Assembly (NCBI RefSeq): GCF_044704955.1 | Contig: NC_091981.1 | Coordinates: forward strand, 222,084,001-222,148,000 | DNA length: 64,000 nucleotides | Direction of reading: 5' to 3' | Origin: Pristiophorus japonicus | Lineage: Eukaryota | Part shown: positions 38,311 through 51,401 of the stretch, in pieces | How positions within the stretch are numbered: position 1 is the stretch's first letter | Layout of the letters: each line of letters starts with the position of its first letter | Position numbers and translations under genes: made by a program | Notes under the pieces: model-generated | Databases searched by the model: none | Seen by the model: only the letters and a program-made list of their open reading frames with translations | What the model was told of the DNA's origin: nothing

Positions 38311-40379
38311 CTGAAGACAAAGATGTACTCCATTTCATTGTGCTAGGTTGTGTGCTGTAAATTCAGTTGGGTGCAGGTAATTCACCAGCAGAAAATGTAG
38401 TTAAGGGCAAAGTTATGTGGCAGGCATTGGTTTTCGACTGGTTCTTATATACAACAATGAAGTCTGGCAGTCCCGAGTCTACTGCCGGCTCCGTGTTGCT
38501 CCCTGAAAATACTATATGCAAATTTCTGCTCACTGATATCTAAATTAATTTTAATGGCAGTGAAGAGTCAACTCATTGCTAAGATTAGAAATATTAAAAA
38601 TGAAGTTTAAGGAGTCAATTGGGCTACCAAGAAACTTTTTAACTTTTGCTTCACACTGGTTGCAGCTACACTTTAGTGGGTACAAAGCTGAAGCAGTGCT
38701 CAGTTGTTTTCATATTGTGTGAGTGGGGTGTTTGTTACTGCTGGTTCCTGAAGTATGGTGGCAACCCAAATGTGCACCTGCAAAATTCACTAACAATATG
38801 CTGAGCAAAATGAAAGTATTACCATTGTCAGCCTGAAAGATTCAGTGCTCGAGGAGTGCTGCTTGTGAAGCTCTTTGGCGGTATGCGTTTTGTTATTTTT
38901 AGCTAACAGCTATATTTTAAAATATTTGATGCTTCTTTTGAACCTGTTGGTGGTCTAGTGCTGTATCACTGGGCTAGCGCAAAACTAGGTCAAAGGGTAG
39001 ATCACTGATTGAGTTGTTTGATTCAGTGAGGATAAATGAATCATTGACCCTTGAACTTTTCATTACTTCCTGAGTCAAGTGTATAATATTCACACAGATC
39101 AGTAATGATATTACATTGTGGGCTGCTGAAGTTTTGAAAATCTGAGAATGTTGTACCAAAAGATTTATACTGGACAAAAATAACTACTATGTTGTAGCAT
39201 ACAGCCTTTATATATATTTTGCCGTGGGGTTCTTGTATATGCATGCTGTAAACTGAGTATGCGTTTGACCATCACAGCTGAGAAGCTGCTATTTGAGAGG
39301 AGCCAATTTTCATCAACCAAATGTGTTAACTCCAAATGATCAACTATGGATTATCACTCAATTAAGTGACTCTGATATGTCCTTGTCAATATTGTCTCAT
39401 TGTGGACATTATCACATATATAATGACCTGGAGTGCTCTGGCCATTGTTTCCTTCACAATTCACTTGGCTGGGTATTTCATCGGAACTGCTCTCACTCCG
39501 ACACTGTAACTTCACCGGAAGTGCAGTAAGCGGGAGCAGCTCCAAGGAAATTCCTGGTCAATGCCCAAATTTCCAATATGCATTCTCAACAGGCAGAGCT
39601 CTATACCAAAAGGGCAAACTCATAAAATTTACCCTTATGTCACATCATTTATCAGAATAATTTTCGGGTGACTTTATGGTTGGGAAGTTCCTGGGAGCCG
39701 CTCCACTGACACTGCTTTGCCAGAAGTGGGCCAGGAACCTTGTTTATGCGCACAAACAGGGTTTCCGTATAATTTCTGGCAAAGTAACACCAGTGGAGTG
39801 GGAGGAGCTCCCAGAAATTTCCCAGCCTATGTGTAGCTTTTCATTATAAATATCTGCAGTTAAAAAATGAAACCACTGGTAATAGCTTTGGTTTCAAGGT
39901 TTATGAAATTATATTAACCCTTCAATTAAATTACTACTTTGTAATCACTTCCAGACATCAACAGTTACTCTATCCAGCATCTCAAATAGTTTCATAAGTC
40001 AGATAAATGATCTCCATCTCTCATACAAATAGTGTGCATCTTCTGCTCCTGTATGACATGAAAGTGTCATATACATTAAAATTACACTTTATACAATGCA
40101 TACTGTCCATTGTTTAACAACTCCAAGCATTTGATGAACCAATACAGCTCTATCTATTAGCTCTTACCAGTGGTTTTAGATTTTAACTTTGCAGATGTTT
40201 ACCAATGAAAAGTTATGCATAAAGTCCCCCCACAATTTATTTTGGTTAGTGAAGGGAAGTGGAGGAAGAAATATGTAGGCAAATCTATGAAATGAATAAA
40301 AGACATTGAATAATAATCATGGGAGATTTCAATTACCTTCAAATAAACTGACAAGAAGAGGTAGGGAAAGGGGAAAAGG

Positions 40380-41457
40380 TGTAAGTGGTTTCCCTTAGGT
40401 GTTTTCGACGCACCCCCACGTTACAATAGTTCTAGACCTGGGAGTGATTACTGTACTGAACAGATGAATGAGTCATGGTCAAATACCTCAGTCTCAACCG
40501 GCTTTATTAAAGCTACCCCAACACAGCAAAACTAGTAAACACAGTGACGATGTAGTACAATATAATACCCTGGCGTGTCTAAACCGTCCCTATCGTGAAG
40601 TACCCAACATCTAAATCCTCTGCTCGGATCCACAGTGTACGCTCCTATGGTCCTTGCAGCAAAACCTCCCCACTAAAACCCTTACTAAGGCTTGACTGGG
40701 AGAAGCCACTACACCTCCTGTGACTGTAATCTTAAAGATGCGTGGGCAGGGATGATGCTCACCGATTCGTTGGCTTACTCACTGCTTCTCCTGGTGAAAA
40801 CGTGTCCCATCTAGTTCTGTACTGGTTTCTTCTCTCCATCCCACACGGAGTGCTCGGTTCTTGTAGAGGCAAAGCATGCGAGAGCAAGAGAGAGAGATGT
40901 GGCCACACGGCCCCTTTTATATCCCCAGCCTGTTTGACTTTTCTGGCCCAATAAAGTTTTTCCTTGTTTCGAAGATCCTGTTTGTATGCCTCTTCTGGCC
41001 CAATAAAGTTTTCCTTGTTTCGAGGCTTCTGAGTGGCCCATGTGTCCTCGAATGAGGATGACGTGCCGATGCCCATGTGTATTCCAGTGATGGGGCTTCA
41101 CTTCCAACTGGTCTGGACTTAATGACTTTCTTTTGATCTGGTTTCCCGCCTCTCGGGGTTATCTCATCCAGGTAATGGCTCTGATCACTGACCAGTTCAT
41201 ATCTGATCTATCTCTGATGAGTTCACATTGCATAACAATGGACCCTCCATCTTTGCCCATTACCTGTGATGAGTTGCCTTATCCTGGCCATTGTAACTTC
41301 CCAGAACACCCCCGCCCATCAGACATGGATTTCAAGTACAACATGGAAAAGTACCTGGGCCCCTCCCACAAATGGCTTCCAGCTTTTCTGATGTAAGAAA
41401 TATTAAAACACAATGTCCAGATAATGTCCAACAATCCTTGGGGAGCCGATGCTTACA
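40380..41457 (-). mobile_element. Solo LTR, 1078 bp, retrovirus-like
   Basis: tgtaag...cttaca inverted ends; 4-bp TSD aagg (40376-40379, 41458-41461); minus-strand TATAAAA at 40915-40921 and AATAAA at 40503-40508. Confidence 0.8.
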
Positions 41458-42490
41458 AAGGAACGGAGTTTTTACAGTTTGTTCAGGACTCCTTTCTTAC
41501 CCAGTATGTAAGACGCCCTAAAGAAGAGGAATCACTGCTGGGTCTAATAATGGTAAATTAATCAGAACAGCTAAGAGAAGCAAGCATAGGGAGATATTTA
41601 GGTAATAGCGATCATAACATCATAAGGTTTAAAATAATGACTTGAGAAAGTCATAAGTAAGACAAAGATCAAAGTAATACATTGGAAAAAAGCTGATTTT
41701 GAGGGGGTGAGAATGGAACTGGGGAAGGTAAACTAGAAAAACATTTTGACAGACAAAAAAATAGAACAGCAGTGGGAAATATTTAAAACAGTCATCAATA
41801 GAATTCAGAAGAAATAATTTTCCACTAAAAAACAAAAACAAACTAGCTAATAATGAAACATCATGGATAAATAAAGAGATAAGGGTAAAATTGCAACTAA
41901 AGAAAAGGGCACTCATTAAGCACATAGACAATAAAGGAAAGGATGACAAAAGGGAATACGGAGAGGTTAGGAAAGAAGTCAAAAAAACAATTAGGAAAGC
42001 AAAGAGGGACACCAAATTAAACTATCAAGGAATATAAAAGAAATAATAAAGTATACGACAGGCACATAAGTAACCAAAGGAAAGTCAGAATAGAGATAGG
42101 GCCACGAAGGGATGCACAAGATAAATTCGCAGGTAATGACAGAGAAATGGCAGAAATATCGAACAGTTTTTTTACCTCAGTATTTACCAGGGAGACTAAC
42201 AGGTGGACATGACATTAGAACCGGAGATCAAAAAAGATATAAAGACGTTTACGATAGAAAGTGGCGACATAATTGAAAATAAGTTAGGGAGGAGATAGCA
42301 GAGGCACTATTACATATATATAAACATTTATTAGAAAAGGGAATAGTGCTAGAGGATTTGCAGACAGCTAATATTATTCTTCCATTTAAAAAGGGAGATT
42401 GAACAAGTGCAGGGAACTATAGGCCAGTTAGCTTAAGGTGGTTGAAAAGATAATGGAATCGTTACTCAAAGATGTCACAGAAAAATCTAT

Positions 42491-43146
42491 AGGCCTAAAT
42501 ATTCGGGTGTGCCCTGTTTGGGGGTGGTAACATGCGCAAGGCGTGAGACTTTGCGCTAGGCGCAGAAGTCTCACCTCTCACGAGAAATTGGGATTAGTGC
42601 TGCCAAAAGGATGTGGAGCGCTAAATCAAGTGCTCCACTTCCTTTCTCGGTAGGGGCGCACGCTCAGCAGCGCTATGCACTGGGCCGCGTAGCGCTGCCG
42701 TGTAGGAGGGGCTCTTCCCTGATTTAAAGGAAAGGGCCCAAGCTGCATACTCTGCATAATAAAAAGGGTCCTACCTGGATCACAGGGGAGTGGGGGTGCC
42801 GTGAGATCAGCCTGGCACTGAAGCACAATGGTGCAGGAAAGCAAATCGTACATTTTTTACAGGAGCTGCTGGCCACCTCCCCATTAACTTTCACCCTGCT
42901 AGCGGCTGGCTGTCTGGTATGCGTCCCCTGAAGCTGTCGCTGTCATGACTTGGCGCAGCTTCAGGAAGCAATACCCAATATAGGGTCTGGGGCACTAATG
43001 GAGCACTGTACACGGTGATGACGTCACGATCTCCGGCCACTGAATTTAGTGGGAGTCGTTAACGGTGCCATGCCTGGTCGCAAAGTCATTTGCGCCACGT
43101 TAACACCCTGTAACAGGAGCTGCAAATGACCCCAATTTCTCCCCCC
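42491..43146. mobile_element. GC-rich Harbinger-type MITE
   Basis: Interrupts the CR1; ends aggcctaaatattcggg / ccccaatttctcccccc; internal blocks are reverse complements of the 16338/26885 family. Confidence 0.72.
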
Positions 43147-43909
43147 TTGTATATTAAAGAGTAGTCAGCGCAGTTTTCAAAAGGGATGGTCATGCTTGAC
43201 CAACCTTATTGAATTCTTTGCAGAAGTAACAGAAAGAATAGACAAGGGTAATGCAGTAGCTGTAATATATTTGGATTTTCAAAAGGCCTTTGATATGTTC
43301 CAAATAGTCGACTCATGAGTAAGGTCAGAGCATGTGGTGTCAGGGAGAAGTAGCAGAATGGAAAGCAAGTCGGTTACGGAACAGAAAACAAAGAGTAAGG
43401 GTTAAGGGTAGCTACTCAGACTGACAAAAGGTGTGAAGTGGTGTTCCACAAGGATTGGTGCTGGGACCGCTGTTGTTCACAATTTACATAACCAATTTGA
43501 ACTTGGAAGCACAATTTCAAAATTTGCAGACAACACCAAATTGGGGGTTATAGTAAATCCTGAGGAAAACTGCAATATAATAAAAAATGACATTAATAAA
43601 GTTGCAGAATGGGTGTGTTATTGGCAAATTAATTTCAATATAGCTAAATATACACTGTAACATTTTTGGTAAGAAGAATAAGGAGGCCACATACTGCTTA
43701 GATAATCAGAGTTTAAGTGGGGTGGAGGAAAGGGATCTAGGATACACATACACAAAACACTAAAAGTAGCGACACAGTAAGCCATAAAAAAGCACTGGGG
43801 TTCATTTCTACTGAGATTGAATTGTAAAGCAGAGAAGCTATGTTAAACCTGTATCGAACCTTAGTTAGACCACACTTGGTGCACTGTGTACAGTTCTGGT
43901 CTGCTTACT

Positions 43910-44260
43910 ATCATCATCATAGGCAGTCCCTCGAAACGAGGATGACTTGCTTCCACGTCAAAAAGGGATGAGTTCACAGCTGTTTCAATGAAGGACCTGA
44001 TATTCCAGATCCAGAACTACATCTTGGAGGTGGAAGATGCCTGTACGTGGATTTTTTTAATGTGTGGTGGCCGTTGCACACAGGCTTGACACAGCTAGGT
44101 CTTGGTCCAGTGGCAAGGATTACCCAAGACGACTGGAGACCAGCTCTGCTGCATGCACCTAGCGCGCACACATATCGCAATGTGGGCTGACCCATGCTTC
44201 CCCTGGGCCTTGTCTCTTCTGGGCCCCAGACTCACACCTCTCCTGGGCCCCGATCACGTC
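43910..44260 (-). mobile_element. Short non-coding retroposon carrying the RTE 3' tail (RTE-mobilised SINE or internally deleted RTE)
   Basis: Minus-strand end gtggaagcaagtcatcctcgtttcgagggactgcctatgatgatga matches the RTE tails, but the body is unrelated to the RTE ORF seen here. Confidence 0.7.
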
Positions 44261-44593
44261 ATAGATTGTGTAGATTGTAGATTGCATATTATAAAAAGGA
44301 TATAGAGGCACTGGAGAAAGTGCAAAAAAGATACACAAGGATGATACCAGAACTGAGAGGATATACTTATCAGGAAAGGCTGAACAAGTTGGGACACTTT
44401 TCTCTAGAAATGAGAAGGCTGAGGAGTGACCTGATCGAGGTCTTTATGGTTATGAAAGGATTTGATAGGGTAGACACAGACAAGATGAGTCCACTTGTGG
44501 GGGAGGCCAAAACTAGGGGCTATTAGTATAAGATAATCACCAATAAATCCAATAAGGAATTCAGGAAAAACTTTTTTTACTCAGAGTTGTAAG

Positions 44594-47500
44594 TGTTATG
44601 TATGTAAACCTGTAATTACCATGTCTAACCACCAGAGGGCTTATCCCCTGGAGTCCCAAGGGATCCCACAATCCCTTGGGAGCATCTGTATGTAAGGAGG
44701 CCTCACAGGCTGGAGAGGCACTCTGAGATCTGTAATAAAGGACTACAGTCACACTTACTTTGAGCTTGCAGTATCTAGTCTGACTCTTTATCCAAGACCT
44801 AACAACTGGCGACGAGATACAAATGATGAACCCCACCGCAACAATGCAGTGAACTGTGGGCATCCTGGAGAAATTTTCAGAGGGAGATGATTGGGAAACC
44901 CTCGTGGAGCGACTTGACCAATACTTCGTGGCCAACGAGCTGGAAGGAGAAGGGAACGCTGCCAAATGAAGGGCGATCCTCCTCACCATTTGCGGGGCAT
45001 CAACATATGGCCTCATGAAAAACCTGCTCGCTCCAGCAAAACTCACAGACAAGGCATATGATGAGCTGTGCAAACTGGTCTGGGAGCATCTAAACCCGAA
45101 GGAAAGCGTCCTGATGGCGAGGTATCGGTTCTACACGTGCAAGAGGTCTGAAGGCCAGGAAGTGGCAAGCTATGTCGCCGAGCTAAGGCACTTGCAGGAC
45201 ATTGTGAATTTGAAGGACACTTGGAGCATCTGCTCAGGGACTTCTTTTTACTTGGCATTCGCCATGAAGTAATACTTCGCAAACTTGACTGGACTCCCCA
45301 ACCTTGAGTAAAGCCATAGCGATAGCCCAGGCGTTTATCTCCAGCAGTGACAATACCAAGCAAATTTCCCAGCACACGAGTGCTGCTGCAAGTACTGTGA
45401 ACAAAGTAACATTGTTTTCGAATCGAAATGTACAGGGCAGGACTTACACGCCTGTAGCTGCACGTCCGCAGATGACTCAGAGTCCGCCATCAAGGGTGGT
45501 GAATACAAGGCAGTCAACACCATGTTGGCGCTGCGGGGGTGATCATCGATTCCTTTCATGCCACTTCAAAAGATACGTTTGCAAGGGCTGTGGAACAAGG
45601 GGACACCTCCAAGCTGCAAACCCTGCTAATCCTACAAACCACCATGTTGCAGAAGAGGACAGATCCACAGTGGATCATGGCAAACCAGAGCCTCAGACCG
45701 AGGAGGCAGAGGTATATGGGGTGCACATATTTACCACAAAGTGTCCCCCGATAATGCTGAAGGTTGAATTAAATGGACTCCCCGTGTCCACGGAGCTGAA
45801 CACGGGCGCAAGCCAGTCCATAATGAGTAAAACGATTTTCGATAAGTTATAGTGCAACAAGGCTTCAAGGCCAGTCCTGACTCCCATTCGTACCAAACTT
45901 AGAACGTACACAAAGGAACTGATTCCCGTAATTACAGCGCTACCGTAAAGGTCGGCTACGATGGAGCGGTGCACGATTTACCACTCTGGGTGGTACCGGG
46001 CGATGGCCCCATGCTGTTCGGCAGGAGCTGGCTGGGAAAGATATGCTGGAATTGGAACGACGTCCGTGTGCTTTTGTCCGTCGATGACACCTCATGTGTC
46101 CAGGTCCTAAGCAAGTTCCCCTCGCTTTTCGAACCAGGCATCAGGAAGTTCCAAAGAGCAAAAGTGCAGATCCATTTGATTCCGGGAGCACGACCCATCC
46201 ATCACAAGGTGAGAGTGGTACCTTACATGATGACAGAGAGGGTGGAGATCGAACTGGACAGGCTGCAACGAGAGGGCACCATTTCGCCGATCGAATTCAA
46301 TGAGTGGGCCAGTCCGATTGTTCCAGTCCTCAAGGGAGACGGCACCGTCAGAATCTGTGGTGATTACAAAGTAACTATCAATCGTTTCTCGCTGCAGAAT
46401 CAATACCCGCTGCCAAAGGCAGACGACTATTTGCGACGATGGCGGGAGGGAAAACATTCATGAAGCTGGACTTGACCTCGGCCTACATGACGCAGGAGCT
46501 GGAGGAATCTTCGAAAGGCCTTACCTGCATCAACATGCACAAAGATCCTTTCATTTACAACAGATGCCCATTTGGGATTCGATCGGCCGCGGCGATATTC
46601 CAGAGAAACATGGAAAGCTTGCTGAAGTCGGTTCCGCGCATGGTGGTCTTCCAGGACGACATCTTGGTTACAGGTCGGAACACCGTCAAGCACCTGCAGA
46701 ACCTGGAGGAGGTTCTTAGTTGGCTTAATCATGTGAGGCTCAGGCTAAAACGCTCGAAGTGCATTTTCCCGGCACTTGAATTGGAATTCCTGTGGAGAAG
46801 GACCGCGGCCCACCGATTCGAAGACGGATGCAATCAAAAACGCACCGACCACAGAATGTGACGGAGCTGCGGTCGTTTCTAGGACTCCTGAACTATTTTG
46901 GTAACTTCTTACCGGGTCTTAGCACATTGTTAGAACCCCTGCACTCTTTACTGCGTAAAGGAGATGAATGGGTATGGGGTAAAAGCCAAGAAAATGCCTT
47001 TGAGAAAGCTAGGAAGCTGTTATGTTGAAACAAATTGCTTGTGTTGTACGATCCATGTAAACATTTGGTACGAGCATTGGATGCGTCGTCGTACGGGGTC
47101 GGGTGTGTATTGCAACAAGCTAATGAATTTGGGAAATTGTAACCGGTTGCTTATGCATCCTGAAGTCTGTCTAAGGCCAAGAGGGTCTACAGTAGGATCG
47201 AAAAAGAAGTGTTAGCGTGTGTTTACGGGGTAAAGAAAATGCATCAATATCTGTTCGTGCTCAAATTTGAATTGGAAACCGACCATAAGCCACTTATATC
47301 CCTCTTTTCTGAAAATAAGGGGATAAATACAAATGCATCGGCCCGCATCCAGAGATGGGCGCTCACGTTTTTTTAAATTTCAAAATATACTTTATTCATA
47401 AAAAAAATCTGTACAGTACATTCAAAGGCATTTCAATACATTTAGCTGTGGTCAGCAATCCCATACACTATTATTTGGGTGCTGACGGCAGTTCCGTTCA

Positions 47501-50500
47501 TTACATTTCCTTGTTTTCCAGTTCAAGTGCAATTTGGTCCAATATGGGATACATTGTAGTACATTCAAACAAATTACATTTCATGTGTCACTATATAGTA
47601 CACGGAATGGGTGACGGTACATTTACATTTTTCTTTTCAACATGCATTTCGCAACAGACCTTGCATTGTACATGGCACTACATAGGTGTTTACAGATCAT
47701 GGTGCTCCATGTACACAAAAAGTAAATTACAAATACAGCCCGAGGGGGGTTTTGTACTGATTCCTGCCCCCGGGTTTACCGTGGCAGAAGGGCTTCAAAC
47801 CGTGGCCCTTCCCCACCGTGCCTTTGCGGCGACTGCACCAATTTTAAGTGCATCCCTCAGCACGTAATCCTGGATCTTGGATTGCGCCAGTCTGCAACAC
47901 GCAGACGTGGTCATCTCCTTGCTCTGGAAAACCAGCAAGTTTCGGCAAGACCAAAGAGCGTCTTTGACTGAGTTGATGGCCCTCCAGCAGCAGGTGATGT
48001 CTGTCTCGGAGTGTGTCCCTGGGAACAGCCCGTAGAGCACAGAGTCCTGTGTTACGGAGCTGCTTGGGATGAACCTCGACAGCAACCACTGCATCTCTTT
48101 CCAAACCTGCCTTGCCAAGGCGCAATCCTGAAGGAGATGGGTGACAGTCTCGTCCGCCCCGCAGCCGACTCGGGGGCACCGTGCCGTGTTGATGAGACGT
48201 CGGCTGTGCATGAACGCTCTGACAGGTAAGGCCCTCCTCACCGCCAACCAAGCCACGTCTTGGTGCTTGTGTGAAAGCTCTGGTTCGACAGTCCGCTCAA
48301 GGAACCACCCGACAGGGTCCACTATCTCCTTCTTTCGTAGGGCGTCCAGGACCTTACGTGCTGACCACTGTTTTATGGCCTTGTGGTCAAAGGGTTTTTT
48401 TTGTGAAAAACTTTTCCACGAAGGACAGATGGACAGGCATGGTCCAACTGGTGGGGGCGTTTCGCGGCAGCGTGGCCAGACCCATCCTTCGCAACACCGG
48501 GGACAGGTAGAACCTCAGCACGTAGTGACACTTGGTGTTTGCGTACCGGGGATCCGTGCACAGCTTGATGCAGCCGCACACAAAGGTGGCCATCAGGATG
48601 AGGTCCACGTTCAGAACGTCCTTTCCTCCACTGTCCAGAGATTTGTACATTGTGTCTCTGCGGACACGGTCCATTTTGGACCTCCAGACAAAGTGGAAGA
48701 CGGTCCGGGTGACTGCCGCGGCACAGGAGCGAGGGATGGGCCAGACCTGTGCCACATGCAGCAACCCCGAGAGCACCTCACTCCTGATGACCAGGTTCTT
48801 TCCTGCCATGGAGAGGAAGCGCAGCTTCCACCATCCCAGTTTTTGTTTGACCTTGGCGATACGCTCGTCCCAGTTTTTGGCGCATGCCCTGTCCGCTCCG
48901 AACCATATTCCCAACACCTTCAGGAAATCTGGCTTGACGGTGAAGGGAATGGAGGCTCGGTCGGTCCAGTTGCCAAAGAGCATGGCCTCACTCTTGCTGC
49001 GATTGACTTTTGCTCCCGAGGCCAGTTCAAACTGGTCGCAGATTGTGAGCAATCTGCGGACCGACTGTGGATCCGAGCAAAAAACGGCGATGTCGTCCAT
49101 GTACAGGGAGGTCTTGACCTGAGCACCTCCGCTGCCTGGGATCGTCACCCCTCTAATGTCCACATCCTTCCTAATGGACTCGGCAAAGGGCTCGATACAA
49201 CACACAAACAAGACAGCCGAGAGAGGACAGCCTTGCCTGACTCCAGATCTGATTGGAAAGCTTTGAGTTTCCCACCCGTTGATTAGGACTATACTACTGA
49301 TGTCTGTGTGGAGCAGTTTGACCCAATTGCGGATACCCTCCCCAAACCACATTTTGGAGAGCACGTCCATCAGATATCCTGTCAAAGGCTTTCTCCTGGT
49401 CTAAGCTGATTAAGCAGGTGTCCACCCTCCTGTCCCGCACGTAGGCGATCGTATCTCTGAGTAGCGCGAGGCTATCAGAGATCTTCCTGCCGGGGACAGC
49501 GCAGGTCTGGTCCGGGTGAATCACCAGCTCAAAAGCAGACTTGACCCTGTTGGCGATGACCTTTGACAGGATCTTGTAGTCCACATTGAGCAGCGAAATG
49601 GGCTGCCAGTTTTTGAGCGCTCACGTTGTCGGCATACAACTACGCCATCCGCCCCAGGCCAGGCACAGAAAACTGTGCCGATGCTCTCAGTAGGCTACCA
49701 TTGTTCACCACCGGGGTGGAGATGGCACAGCTTGCAGATTTAGTTATGGTAATGGAAGCATTCGATAGTGAGCAATCACCTGTTACCGCCCGACAGATTA
49801 GAACCTGGACAAGCCAGGACCCTTTGCTGTCCTTAGTAAAAAACTGTGTGCTCCACGGGGGTTGGTCTTGTGCCCGTTAGAGATGCGGGAAGAAATAAAG
49901 CCTTACCAGCGGCACAGAATTGAAATGTCCATACAGGCAGACTGCCTCCTATAGGGTAATCGGGTAGTTGTGCCAAAAAAGGGCAGGGACACTTTTATCA
50001 GTGATCTCCACAGTACCCACCCAGGCATTATAATGATGAAAGCGATAGCCAGATCCCACGTGTGGTGGCCCGGTATCGATGCAGACTTAGAGTCCTGTGT
50101 GCACAAATGTAATACATGCTCGCAGTTAAACAATGCACCCAGGGAGGCGCACTAAGTTTATGGTCCTGGCCCTCCAAACCGTGGTCTCGGGTTCATGTCG
50201 ACTATGCAGGCCCATTCTTGGGAAAAATGTTTTTAGTGGTTGTAGATGCATACTCCAAGTGGATTGATTGTGTGATAATGTTGGCAAGCACGTCCGCTGC
50301 CACCATTGAAAGCCTACGGGCCATGTTTGCCACGCACGGCCTGCCTGATGTCCTTGTAAGTGATAATGGGCAGTGCTTTACCAATGCCGAGTTCAAGGAG
50401 TTCATGACCCGCAATGGGATCAAACATGTCACGTCTGCCCCGTTTAAGCCAGCGTCCAATGGTCAGGCAGAACAAGCAGTTCAAACAATCGAAAAGGGTA

Positions 50501-51339
50501 ACTGAAGGCTCACTGCAGACTCGCTTATCCCGAGTCCTGCTTAGTTACCACACAAGACCCCACTCGCTCACCGGGGTCCCTCCTGCTGAACTGCTCATGA
50601 AAAGGGCACTGAAGACAAGGCTCTCGTTAGCCCACCCTGATCAACAAGAACAGGTAAAGAGCAGGCGGCTTCAACAAAATACATATCATGATCGCGCAAA
50701 TGTGTCACGCGAAATTGAAGTAAGTGATGCTGTATTTGTGTTGAACTATGGACAAGGTTCCAAGTGGATTGCTCGCACTGTTTTGGCCAAAGAGGGGAGT
50801 AGGGTGTTTGTGATCAAACTCGCAAATGGACTCACCTGCAGGAAACACTTGGACCAAACCAAACTCAGATTTACGGACTGTCCAGAACAACCCACACTAG
50901 ACCCTACCTTTTTTGACTCTCCAACACACACACAAGTGGCAACCCACCCAGCGGTTGACCACGAAGCAGAACCCATCACCCGCAGCAGCCCAGTAAGGCT
51001 CACCACCCCCAGCAGTCCAGCAAGGCCAGCTGCGCAGCAGCCTAGCGAAGGCCCAACAAATGACTCACCAACACCAGCATTTGCACCGAGACAATCAACC
51101 AGGGAAAGGAAGGCCCCAGATCAACTCACATTGTAAATAGTTACACGATTGACTTTGGGGGGACGGGGAGTGTTGTTATGTATGTAAACCTGAAATTACC
51201 ATGTCTAATCACCAGAGCACCTGTATATAAGGAGGCCTCACAAGCTGGAGAGGCTCTCTGAGATCTGTAATAAAGGACTACGGTCACATCTACTTTGAGC
51301 TTACAGTATCTAGTCAGACTCTTTAGCCAAGACATAATA
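44594..51339 (+). mobile_element. Full-length, inactivated Gypsy/Ty3 LTR retrotransposon
   Basis: LTRs 44594-44804 and 51174-51339; TSD gtaag; PBS tggcgacgag; purine tract before the 3' LTR; gag CCHC (CWRCGGDH), protease (LNTGAS, D changed to N), RT (FQDD), RNase H, integrase (WWPGID, HVDYAGPF, SDNG); many stops and frameshifts. Confidence 0.95.
47370..49616 (-). mobile_element. Tx1/L1-clade LINE, 5'-truncated, nested in Gypsy pol
   Basis: NWQPISLLNVDYKILSK, LDQEKAFDR, GVRQGCPLS, YMDD and CPR.GC...ETVTHLLQDC motifs; 3' UTR with AATAAA and a short A tail; 11-bp TSD gcgctcacgtt (47359-47369, 49617-49627). Confidence 0.93.
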
Positions 51340-51401
51340 GTAAGCATGTGGAACAAAGAGGCGAATAGCATATATGCATTTAAAGGGAAGCTAGGTATAG
51401 A

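Noticed and set aside
48141-49286. 381-aa + strand ORF as a novel gene
   Set aside because: Antisense shadow of the GC-rich Tx1 ORF2; no recognisable motifs.
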